A stretch of DNA of 64,000 nt from Macrostomum lignano. Its lineage: Eukaryota. Shown in pieces: positions 49,023 through 61,014 of the stretch; the first letter of the stretch is position 1, and every line of letters begins with the position of its first letter. The DNA lies in assembly GCA_002269645.1 (NCBI GenBank), contig NIVC01001374.1, positions 238,686 through 302,685 on the forward strand, given 5' to 3'. A program made the translations under genes and the position numbers. The notes below the pieces were generated by a model. It was not told the origin of the DNA, searched no databases, and saw only the letters and a list, made by a program, of their open reading frames with translations.

Positions 49023-50885
49023 CCGCCGAGGTAGACGAACTGCTGACTTGATTAGCTAGAACTAAATGTAGTCTGAAACCTATCTTGGTTTTAAATCGCT
49101 CTGGATTAGATCAATGAAAATGCAATCCAAGGTCACGAAGTCTTTGGAGAAAAAATGATTTAGCTAGTATACTTCGCTCGATTTACACGCGTCAAATGGT
49201 GTTGATTATTACGGCAAAAGTTTATTTTGAAGATTGGCTTCACGCAAAACTAAATATAATAAGTTGTACGCAATTAACTTTTGGCTTGCCAGCTTGGTCA
49301 GGCTTCGAGTATAATAAAAATGGGGGGCTGTGTTAATTGGTGTGGGTCGAGATTTTATAATTTCCGATAGAGTCATGGCCAAGACTCAGAAAACGACATG
49401 CATATATACGCTATAACAGTAGATGCGTAGCAGATCTAAAAGCTTCGTGCATGGGATGTAGCAGTCACTCAGATAAACTTTCAATTTACTTGCCAGACTC
49501 TGTCAACCATACACGTTCGTGAACGCCGTTTAACCGTTACACATAGCTGTAATTTACAATCACTTAAATCCCCGAAGCTTCTATAACTGCATGAGCTGCT
49601 CGAAAAATGGGGAGCAGACAGAAATACAACGGGCTCAGCAGGGCAGAATCGCCTCTGGTAAGACGATTCCGTCTACAGCCTGCAACGCACCATCTCTACC
49701 GCTGCGCATAATGCCACGCCAGAGAATGTACATTTGTCCGCTCGAGTGAAAGCAGGCAACGAAACCTACAAGCAGTGGATGCCCTGGATGAACACAGAAA
49801 CAAGCATGCAGACGCCGCCATTCCCACTGCTATAGGCCGTCTGACGCAGTCTGAGATGTCATTTTCAGCATGAAGGATAGTTTCGTCAGTTAGACAGCCA
49901 TGCAGCTTTACATGTAGCACCAACTGACATTGCGGAGCTTTCCCAACTGTCACGTTCGCAACCGGCAAAGCGCAGGATTTGGACGAGTGGACTAGATAGT
50001 GACGTTCGGTCGTTTCTCTTTGTATGATACATGTACACACGTACAAATGTACACGAACTGAAATGGCGTGTTTTTTTGAGGACATGCGATTTTGCAGCAT
50101 TTCTTGCAGCGAGGCATGTACACTTCAGCTCCAAGCCCTATAAATGTATTTATGTACATTAGGCGCGTTGTTTCAGGCGGTCGAAGCACGTTGACGAGTT
50201 AAATGCGGCAAACGTTGAACTGCTGAGATGTTTTAGAAGATCAGCAACCTGCAGTGAGTAGCCAACTGCTGACTATTGCAGGTACATTTACTCTTAGGAA
50301 GTACATGATTTACATGAATACTGATATATTTTATCATCTGCTACTACCCATGGTTACTACCCAAATTACTACCTAAATCCAATAGATTCTGTCCGGAGCA
50401 AGCCATGATATGCCTATTGCGACTCTCTTTGATTTTTGTACGAGTACATCTCTCGTACACTGTAGATTCTTAATATATTTATATGAAAAATATATAGCGA
50501 ATAGCTAGCAAATTAAGGCTAAATCATAAACCAAAAAACTAAAACTAGTCCATTCTCATAGCTTTAGGTGGAAAAACAATTAAACAACTAATTAACTGGC
50601 CGAAATTGATTCAACATTAGTGCATGCAATTGATGAATTAATTATCTACTCGAATTACATGCAATATCAAAAATATCAATCAAATCAACAACATGAATAA
50701 AACCGCGTTTCATATTTAGCTAATGCTTCAATCAGGCCCAGCTAAAGTATAGGTGGCTGTTATTGGCTACGAACAAAACTACGCGCTTGGCTGCTGTTTC
50801 AAAAAATACTCCGTTCAGCAATCCGTCGCATACGAGTACGTCGGCCCACGTTTTCGACATCTTATCGACGTCTCTGGCAAACGGA

Positions 50886-51206
50886 CAGGGGCGTCGCCAC
50901 GTGGGGGGGGGCAGGGGGAAATGTCCCCCCAGTAAAAGATCTGGGGGGACATGCCAATGCTTTTCCCCCTCACCCCACCTTGTGACCGACCCGTTATGGA
51001 AATCAATAATTTTGCTGCAGGGCGACAAAACATAGCGCCTGCGGCACTAAAATGAGCGCCTGCGGCTCTAAAATGAGTGACTGCGGCGCTAAAATAATTG
51101 CTAAAAACACCGATTCTGAAAATAATGTACATGTAGGATAGTCATGTACATGCATATGTAGAATTCTTGGTTTTGACCCCCCATAAAATCCATGGCGACG
51201 CCCCTG
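50886..51206. mobile_element. hAT-type MITE
   Basis: TIR CAGGGGCGTCGCCA...TGGCGACGCCCCTG; flanks caaacgga/caaacggg (7/8 TSD); short internal tandem repeats. Confidence 0.85.
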
Positions 51207-51641
51207 CAAACGGGTACCTTTACATTACACCGATGCTCAGTCGACGAAGGCCGTCGAGTCGTTAGCCAGAGTGATGTAAACAGACCCATTTTCCAGCAAC
51301 ATCCATTGCCGCTGGAACGTTGCACATGTATAATTTAGCTAGAATAATTGACAATAATATATTGTTGCATATGTTGTATTCGAATAGTTAAGTCGGCCGG
51401 CACCTGGAATACAATGTGTATACATGTACTGTTACGTAAGCGTCGTGTGTAATGGTTTTGATATTATTGCCACCCACTAGAAGATAAATTATACTTCTCA
51501 AATATAAACTAGACACAAATTTTTTTTACTAACTAGTGATTTATGAACTAAGGAAATTTTACCTATTTGATAATAAATATGATGCGCGCTTATTGCAATA
51601 CGGTCACTCTTCTGTCAACCAACCGATATGAATCGGCTCGA

Positions 51642-54600
51642 TCAGAACCTCGCCAGCTCCTGCTCAGCAGCTGCCAACTTCTCCATCCGGTCTGCCAGGT
51701 GTCGCCTCTTTGCGCTAATCAGGGGATTCTCCTCGCGCAGCTTGTCGAACAGCGGCTGCGGCTCCGTGACGAGGACGATGAGCGACTCGCGCAGCTTTTC
51801 AGACATCTTGTGCAGCATGTAGTGCATGACTGCCAGGGTGATGGTGTCCTGCAGGCGCCTCACAGCAACTCGAATGTACGCCTCGGCTCCTTCCAGCACT
51901 CGCTGAGTGTTGCGCTCGACGATGTCCTGCATTGTCGCGGCCGGCTTCTCCGAGCTGATCGAAGCCTCCCCGCTCTTGCCTCCCGACTCCGGCTTGCGGT
52001 GCTGCAGGCGGAGCTTCTCGTTGTACGGCCTGCAGTGGTGGCGATGGCGGAGACGGTTCTGTTCAGCGAAGTGAGACCCAGGATTCTCTCACATTGGATT
52101 TAAGACTGCAGAGATTATGCAGAGCCCGATTGCTGTTGGGGGCAAAGCCATGGATCAAGCCATAAGGGGCAGAGCAGCTCGATCAGCGGTAAACGCATCT
52201 GACACTCCTGGTTCGATTCCGTGAGCCACCACTTAGCGGGCATTGCATTTAATACCGTTACAGTCTGCAGAGACCAATTTACAAACGAACAAGCCATTTA
52301 TGAATATTTCATTATCGCGTTTTGATATCAGAATATACGTTGTGATTTAACCTCAATAGATTGTTATAGCTTTTCAGATATTGTAAGCTGCTCGTAGAGT
52401 AACTGAGAAGAATTATTGCACCGGTTGCTACGAGTACCAGCTGGACCAGCTGGACAGCTGCTTGAATTGGATTTGCAGCTATTGGGCCAGATGATGTTGG
52501 TCTATACCCGATCTGACAAGACAGCATGCAGTGTATCTTTTGTATTCCTAGCGCTGCACTCGTATGCTAAAATTTAGCGACGAATGCAGATGGTTAAAGG
52601 ACAAGTCGCGTTGTGGCAATAAAATTTGATGTCACATCTGATCTTGCATCTACGATATGCACCTGCGTGTTCGAGCGTATACAGCGCTGATATGCAGCAC
52701 AGGCACAGATTATTAAAGTCAATTCGTATGTATGTGTATTTTACTGCCATAAGCGGATGCTGGATTGCCTGACGGCAGCAGCAACGCGAGTCGGCCTCAT
52801 GCTGAACGCGCGGAAGACGGTAGAGCTTCATGGTGCCCTCCGACCTGCCTGCCCAGATCAACTACCGAGACGCTGCCGGGGGAAGCAATCATGCTTACCC
52901 TCTACCAGCGGTTCCTGTACCTCGGCGTTCTCGTGCCGGGCATTGCCGAGGACCTGATGAGACAACGAGGACTAAGCCTGGGCCGCGTTTCGTTCTTTGC
53001 GCTCCGTGCTACATTCTGTGGCCCTGGATGACGGGCTCAGGGCTCGGCTGTTTCAGGCAGTCGTTGAGACTATCTTGTTGTTACAACGCCGAAAACTGGA
53101 CCCTGACGGACGCCTTGGAGAGGCAGCTGGACACAGCGCATGCGGCCATGCTGCGTGCGGAGTTCGGAGGGCGAAACGGTCCAGGTAGCGAGACCAACGC
53201 CGCACTCTACACAAGGGCACTTCTGGATGCGGCCCTCTGACCTGCTGCGCGGGCGGCGACTTCGACTGGCAGGCCACGTCATTCGGTCGGAGGCCCGCTG
53301 TCCTGAGCCGACAATCGAAGTGCTGCTGCACAAGCTGTAGGGACCGCGCAGGCGAGGCCAAGGGCGAACGGCGAACGGCGAGATGTCCTGACAGGCTTTT
53401 GACCGATGCTTACTCCCCGGACCAAGCTGGAGGTTTTTATAGAGCTATGGTCCAGAGACGCGCTCTCTGACTTCTCCACCCTTTCTGGCTACTGCGTGAC
53501 TGACGGGTGAAGTATTTTGTTGTTGTTATTGCTGTTGGTTTACTGCATTCAATTTACTACATGTGAACACAAACATTCGACATGTGCATGTAAAGTAATT
53601 TAAATTCAATATCCAATTTGACTTACAGTGTGTAGGATAAAGTTACAAGTCAAGAAGCCAAGCAGATAAAACAAAAATGGTGTTCAAAACTACATTATAA
53701 ATCTGCACTTACTTGTCCTTTTCCAGCAGGAAAATTCTGTCCTGCGTGAAGACGAACTCCTCCTCCGTGAAGATGTTTTTGATTTGCTCCCTGGCAAGAT
53801 CTACCTGCCCGGTTCTGATGCCCTCGCACACCTCCTTGATGAACTGGTTGAACGTTGGATAGTCGCCAAAGACAAGATCAGCGAGGGTTCGCATCGTCTC
53901 GTCGACCTCCTGATTGACAGAGACCAAGAAATTGCTGCAGGGCTCCCGGACCAGCTTGAGAAAGTGGTTGCGCACGAGCCGCTCCACCACAGGGTACACG
54001 TTGTCGAATCCTGGCAGCTCGCAGCCCCTCTGCTCCTCGATGTCCTTCTTGGCCGCCTCCCACATCGCAGTCACTGTGTAAACGGGAATATAGCATTGCA
54101 ACTGATAGTGATTCTGTGCTGTAATGTCACTGTGTAAACGGGAATGGCATTGCAACTGATAGGGATTCTGCGCTGTAATGTCACTGTGTAAACGGGAATG
54201 GCATTGCAACTGATAGGGATTCTGTGCTGTAATGTCACTGTGTAAACGGGAATGGCATTGCAACTGATAGGGATTCTGCGCTGTAATGTCACTGTGTAAA
54301 CGGGAATGGCATTGCAACTGATAGGGATTCTGTGCTGTAATGTCACTGTGTAAACGGTAATAGCACTGTAATTGATAAGAATTCTGTGCTGCACTGTCAA
54401 TGTGTGAACGGGAATAGCATTGTAACTGATAGGGATTCTGGGCTGTACTGTATGTCAAGTGAATTTAATTTAGCCCTCCCACCATGAATTCTATATTTAC
54501 TGCGAGATAGAAGGAGTACATCTCAAGAACCTCTAAAAGTTCCGGTGTTTTGTATTTTAAACAAAGCAGCAAAAAGTTTCTCTTTGCGCATATGGAGATA

Positions 54601-56531
54601 CGAGTCTTCAAATCATTAGCCATTTAATGCGGCTGTTACATGTACGCCCTGAGTACTAACTGAATAACTTAATCATATTTTAGAACTCTTCATCTAATTT
54701 CTCATAAATGCAGCATCTTATATTAAAAAACTCATATCGATAAGAGCGTATCGGTCGTACCGTCACTGCGATCTGAGAAGGCGCACTGCTCAATCTCGTC
54801 AGCCAGTGTCTCCCAGTGCTTGCGGCAGCGACCAAACAGCCTGTCTGGCTCGTGACGATGCGTTCCAGTGGAAACATTGGCGAAATCCGTTGCAAATTTG
54901 TTGAGCATCCTTGCTAGAAGGCCTTTCATTTCGTCATTGTGTGCAGGAGGACCTTCGCCGATGGATTCCAGTTGTTTGCATATATCCTCTCTTTTCACCT
55001 TTCAAAAACAAAATTATTTTTGCTATTTACCAAAACAAACCATTTTAAGTGCACTGTAGTCATACTGTTGCAATTACCAAAACAGTATATACCTGGATCT
55101 CTCTCATCAGCTCAGGGATGTTGTGCTTGATAGCGTCGTAGAGCTCGCTGCTCAGCTTCACCGCCAGAGTCTTGGTTCCGTACTCAAATTTGTCCAGAGC
55201 CCTGAAGTGCCGATGGGTCCGGAAGAACACTTCCTCCTCCCTAGCAGCCTGCTGCAGGCTCATGTTGTCCTTCAACTGCTGTGGTGTTCGGCACCTCACG
55301 GAGACGTAGCCCTTCTTCAACTTAATCTTCCGGTTTTGCATGAGCGCCAGGACTTCTGATTCGGAGCCTGGGTTGACCAGGTCAGGACAGGTGAGAACTC
55401 CGATTGTCCGCTTCGATTCCGGGTCGACCTCTTTGGCTAGGGAGAGAGCCTCAACTGTCTCGATGTCTACGTGGCACGGGATGACAACCAGTATGATGAC
55501 TTCTGGCTTTTGTATATAACTCATGATGAGAGATTTCGTTATGCCCGCCACGGCATATCCAGAATCGGCAGAGAATCTGTTTAGTAATTTGTGCATACAA
55601 CATTGCAGTTAAAACATGCGAGTGTTCGGCTAGTTGTACTCTAACATGTAGAATAGATAAAAATGAAAAATGACTCACCGAGCAATCCCCGGCAGATCAA
55701 TCAGCGTCAAGTCGGGCGCCTCGGGGCTCTCAACCCAGAGCTCAATGATGTGCTCAGATATCTCCCCAGGAGAACTTGTCATCTCATTTTGAGCCTCTCT
55801 GATTGCCTGTCCAATCTCGGGGGATGTGTTGAGGTTCTTTTCTTGATTCTGTCCTGACTTCGTTTGGTATCTGGAGAGAACAAAGTCATTACTTATGTTT
55901 CAGTTTTTTGGCGGCTGGATTCTGCTAAAACAAAATGACCCCCAGCTGTCGTTTTGTGTTCATCAGGGTGGTCTACTCGTTAGCACATTGCAGAGTATGT
56001 ACATCCATGTATCATGCCTCCAATATATCAGAAAAAGCCTTACTTAATCCGTGCCGACCATCCAGGCTCATCCCTGCTCCGCATGCTGAGCATTAGAGGG
56101 CACCGGGTTACAATGCCTGTTCCGCGTGGAAGCTCAACGCCCGAAATGGCCTCGAGGACGGAAGACTTGCCGACAGACTGGTCGCCCACAACTGCGATCG
56201 CCGGCAGCCGAATGTCCCTCTGCAAGCCTTGAGCTCGAAGACAGTCGATGGCATCCAGGCAAGGCTTCAGGCATTCTCGGAACGCCTTTCCCAGCTCAGG
56301 AGAGAATGCGCCGTCTTCGGCGGCTGCCTGGTCAGATGACGGAATTGGTTGCGATTTTCGTCCGCCGTATTCAACACTGCTGCCACTGCTGCTTCCTCCG
56401 TCGATGCCCGAATCGCCATAAGTTGATGCGGAGCTTCTGGAGCCAAAACCTTTTCCATCGCTATCCACTTGCAATTTTTGATGCGACGAAGCCTGGCTTC
56501 CACTTCGAAAGGCTTGCGACTCTGTTTGCAT
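51642..56531 (-). CDS. Mx: Mx-like dynamin-superfamily GTPase (~715 aa)
   Basis: Exons 56531-56044, 55870-55679, 55576-55093, 54998-54761 (or 54767), 54073-53713, 52029-51642; phases consistent. [51 protein letters not shown]4 TCPD, stalk RGCELPGF...[25 protein letters not shown]...[12 protein letters not shown]. Confidence 0.9.
52745..53400 (+). mobile_element. RTE-clade LINE fragment, antisense in an Mx intron
   Basis: [59 protein letters not shown]; frameshifted. Confidence 0.85.
54071..54450. repeat. 54-bp tandem array duplicating the Mx exon-5 splice acceptor
   Basis: Units start at 54071 (56 bp), 54127, 54181, 54235, 54289, 54343, 54397; the first six read ttcccg(t)ttacacag|tga on the minus strand, the last is degenerate. 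Confidence 0.93.
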
Positions 56532-57599
56532 TATGGGAATTCAGTGCCAGTGGCCAGAAACATGTGTAGCTATCTAAAGAGCACAGCTAAAATGCGATGC
56601 TTGTGTAGCCTTGTTCTGCCTTTAAATATACAAGATTTTGTGGCGAGCACTGTACTGCACTGCAACTGCATGCCGTTTACTGCAATTTTATTCTGTGTTT
56701 ACAGAGCAGCCAGAGTTTTTATCTCATCTATAAGTTAAGAGTTTAAAAACAAGTACGATGGCAAATTTGCAAAGTTGCACAAAAATTGCACGTCTTTACA
56801 ACACATCGTCGGTATATTTGTTAAATGCATGCAAAAGCCATATCATTTTATTTTGATCTTTGTCAAGGATGTCAATTAAAATTTGTGGCTGAAAACGCGT
56901 TCCACATATAGTCACGTCTATTACTATGCATCTTTTGATAGCGTTCGACTACTGTGGGTTGTCGACGCTAGCCTTCCAGCAGAACCTGGAATAAATTACT
57001 GACGCAATAATTTTTTGGCATGCATCGTCAGCTACTGTATCATTCCTTTACGAATCTACATGTAAAGATTTTACCGCGCATTTGCTGCTTCATGAAGCCA
57101 AACTGGTGAAAGTCGGTAATGATCCCTGAAACTAACGCTCTTCTATAGGATCAATTGGTTTGCATGCAAAATGGGGACTTCGATCGTTCCAGAGGGAGAA
57201 GACCACCGACGCATCAGATAGAACACCGCCGGTGCATTCAAAATATGCTGTGAACATATCGCACACGGTGTGCCCGTCCAATTCCGCGAGTTCATAGCTT
57301 TCTGGTGTGTGTAAGCGTCATTTTAGAGCCTCAATGTACCGTCTCTACTCACTGCAGTACTCAAATCGAATTTTTTAATAGTTTATTTATTGAACCTAGG
57401 CTCAAACATGGTCAAACTTTGATCCGTGGCATTCCGACCTTACAAGAAATTACATGTTACATGTACTTGATTCAATACCCCGCTGTGTGGCATTCCGTCG
57501 ACTCGACATAGATTCGTTGTCTGGACGTCGAATTCACGTCGAATTTTAAAAAAATGTGTAAGTTTAGTCAGTGTTCTAAAATGAGATAGAAGCCAAAAA

Positions 57600-58910
57600 A
57601 CATTATTTAATTTATTTGCTTTTCTTCACGTAGTGAGTCAAAGGCAAAGCTAGCGCTGGACCTAAGCTGTAACGTCATTGCACGCAGGAGGTGTCTATCA
57701 AGGCTGATCCAGCGCTTCACTGTGAGGATCTGGGCGCCGGATGGACCCTCTACTACACATCGGCAGGAAATGGTGTCGGCCAACACCCGCTTTCGCAAGA
57801 CACCCGGTTGGCTCGCGACCTTCGTGGGCTGCAAGCGGAGGCGGAGGAATGCGCGCGGCCGCAATGCGACGCAGAGGCAGGCACAGCTGGATCAAATGCT
57901 TGTGCGTCTTTTTGAGCGCCGCCGTGCTGTCAACTGCCGCACCATCACGCCGCTCTGCGGTCTGATAATCGGCATCTCGTCTGCGACCTGCATGTACGCG
58001 ATCTGCTTCACCGTCCGCGGAAGCGGCCAGCGCAGCGCTACTACCGTGTGCGCAAGGAGACCCAGGCTTGTCGCCATTTCACTAGCGCCTTCGTCAGCGC
58101 GCTTGGCGACAGGTGCGGGCCCGCTGAGTACACGGAAGTAAGTGTCACGGTTAGAGCCACGGCAGAGCAAGCAGTCCAGCTGAGGCGACCGGCTCAACGT
58201 CGGCAGCCGGTCTTGCAGGATGACCCTGCGACCCTGCGACAGCAGAGCTGGAGAGGCACCGTTGGAGCAGGCGGCCAACTTGCCAGGCCGAGGAGGCTCT
58301 GGCGGCTGTCTACCTGCAGCGGCAACAGGCTGCTGTTGACGACGCCATCTAGGCCGTCACCGCCGGTGGACCCGACGCCAAAGGGCATGTGGCTTGGTCC
58401 GCCATTAACGTTCTGATGGGGCTGAAGCGGCGCATCCCGCTCAACCTGGCTGGCGACACTCCGGATGAGCGCAGAAATGAGCTGCGCGAGTTCTTTGCCG
58501 CTATCTTCAACGCGCCGCCCCCCCTGCAGCTAAACGATCTGAGGCTGCCGCCGGGGAGGCCTTTGCTGGCAGAGGAGAATTTTAATGTAGCTCCAGTCAG
58601 CACAGCCGACGACGTTGTGATGCTCGCCCTGAGGACTCCGGGCGGCAAAGCGCTGGTTCCAGACGAGGTGCCCATTGAAGCGCTGGGACTAGCACGGCAC
58701 GAGCCTATCGGATTTCTTTGAGACATTAAGTGCTTCATGCAGATACGTTTGCGCCGTTCCTGTTCGTCCTGGTGCTTGACTGGGTGCAGCAGACTGCTTT
58801 CCTTTCTAACGACGACGGCTTCCTGCTGCAGCCACACATGGGTCGACGCCAACCAGAGAGGCGGCTAAGCGTGCTTGGCTACGCCAACGATCTCGTCAAA
58901 TGTTTTAGAA
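57600..58910 (+). mobile_element. Degenerate RTE-clade LINE (ORF and RT remnants)
   Basis: FAPFLFVLVLDWV...RRLSVLGYANDL (decayed YADD); EFFAAIFNAPP, GGKALVPDEVPIEAL upstream. Confidence 0.8.
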
Positions 58911-59519
58911 TAATGTGTTGCGGGGGTGTGCCCCTCTGACGATGACTATGATCGTTGATGTTTCTGTTGAATCAAATAAGTCGAAGGTTCGATTTGTTTC
59001 TCTCGATCTCTAACCTTCAACAAGATGTTTATTACTAATCAATGTTAGTAGCAATTCCTAATAGGATATTGATCACGCAATTACGCAAATTTGTTAAGCA
59101 ATTCAGTGAAAATGGAGCCACAGGCTACTTATCGATATTGTTGCACGAATTGACGTTTGTCCGGATTTATCTCTGTTAAATCGGGATATTAGAGTTCAGG
59201 CCCGATTGTTGGGGCAAGCTAGCGGAGCAGTTGAGGAGGCAAAGAGGCGGAGAGCCGAGAACCGGGAAAAACTGGAGAGAGGCTTCATTCTCACTGAACG
59301 CTAGTATATATATGATTTCTATAACGCATTTCATTGGTGTTCGCTTCACGCAATAGGATCTTTACTGGTGCACAAGCATGTGCTGTACTTTCCTGATAGA
59401 AAAACCTTCTGAAGTTCGCATTAGACTAAAAAATAACATTGGGCATAACATGCTTAAATTAAGATCACTTCACTCGCCCCGTTGTCCTCGACCCTCGAGG
59501 GCGCCCAGTCAGTGATTGA

Positions 59520-59735
59520 GACCGTCCTGTTGCACAATCCTGAGATTAGGACGCTGACGGATTCGCTCGAATAGCCGGTCGAAGCGGCGCATGCTGGCCT
59601 GCTGCGCGTCGCCTTCAAGATCTGCTACGAGCACGTCACCAGCAAACTGTTGCGCCGTCGGCGGACTCTAACTGGCAGGCCATATCATCTGAACAGAGTC
59701 CTAAGCTGCGCGCAACTGGTGCAGGGAGGCCGCTG
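59520..59735 (+). mobile_element. RTE-clade LINE fragment
   Basis: IETVLLHNPEIRTLTDSLE..VEAAHAGLLRVAF...RRRTLTGRPY; homologous to 48598-49022. Confidence 0.7.
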
Positions 59736-61014
59736 CTGCTGACGTTTTTGTTGTTGTTGCTAGCTCAAACCTTCGGCCTCCATTGCTGCAGCTCCTTCTT
59801 CAGTACTCCAGGGACGCCCTCCCGTTGGTCCATAAATCCGATGCATTGGTCCATGGTCTATAGGTCCTTCTGCTTCTCAGTGTAGGGCCAGTGTAGCACC
59901 GCGCTGATGGACCTTTTGGTTCGGCCTCTACTTTTTTCATGCCGGACCCTTTGCGGGGGAGCTTCTCGGTTGCTATAGCTGTCGGACCATTTATAGCTTA
60001 TGCCACGGCCCCGGTTGCTATTCTTTTGGCTGGCTGTTGGGTTGGAGTTACGGCCCAGCAGCCTCTCACCTAGTCCCCACTCGCTTTTCAGCGACTCATG
60101 AAGTATTCTATTACTTCTAACGCGTTCGTTTGATGCTGCTGAAACGCCAACCGAGGTTATTACCGCGACTTAATCATACATTTTCAGCACCATAACTTCC
60201 GGTGCCTCTCACTCCAACAACCCTGCCGCCACTCCAGATAATACCGATGTTAGCAAAGTGGCTGGAAAGCAGGGTAGCGGGTCTCAGATCTTTAAGAGGA
60301 AGGCCTTATCTGTCCGCCTCTGAGGAGGGTTAGGGACTAAATTAGCGATTACATGTAGTCTCGCAAGATACACACTGCACTGTGCAGGCTCAGAGCAGTC
60401 TGCTGTGGTCTAAGTTTTGTCTCAAATTTAGTCTTAAGCTCCACAGAAAATGTCAACCCAAAACTCAAGAATTAGGCATTATTGTTGTAGTGTTGTAGAC
60501 TGCGTAGCACATGTACATGTACCAACCTGCTGGGGTAGCGAGGTACAATGTAGATGGTAAAAGATGAATTGCAAAGTGCACCAGGTCAGGTAGGTCCGAC
60601 TTCCGCCACTCTCAAACGTGCCGGTCGACCTTCTGTCTCGATATCGGTTGTGTGCAATTCGCTACGAAGTAAGATCGAATGATAAACATGAATGGACTGT
60701 TGCATAGTCTCCATCAAATTTTAGAATCATTTTGACATGAGTGATCGACTCGGCGAGTTTCAGAGTATTGGTTCGAAACTTAAAGAATATACGCTCGTAT
60801 AAGGCATGGTTATATACTAGAAATTTCTGCCTTTTATTTCGATTTTTACTTAAAATGGTGTAGGTTAAGACACACCGTTAGTACACCCTTAAAACAAGCA
60901 TATTTTTTTCGGCAAAAGCAACAGACAAAACTATTTTTGTTTAGAGTAAACATATTTAGTACTGAAGCGGCTTGCAAGTGGAAGCTTGAAAAGCAGCAAG
61001 CGAGCAAAAGATCT

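Noticed and set aside
49696-50189. Overlapping minus-strand ORFs
   Set aside because: No recognizable motif or consistent splice structure; probably a decayed repeat
52165-52232. tRNA gene (also the SINE heads at 13926, 16365, 23846, 39462)
   Set aside because: A/B-box-like motifs are present but no complete cloverleaf; these are SINE-derived remnants
56600-57600. Interferon-response-like elements upstream of Mx
   Set aside because: No clear GAAANNGAAA tandem motif seen, and no basis for assuming interferon signalling in this organism
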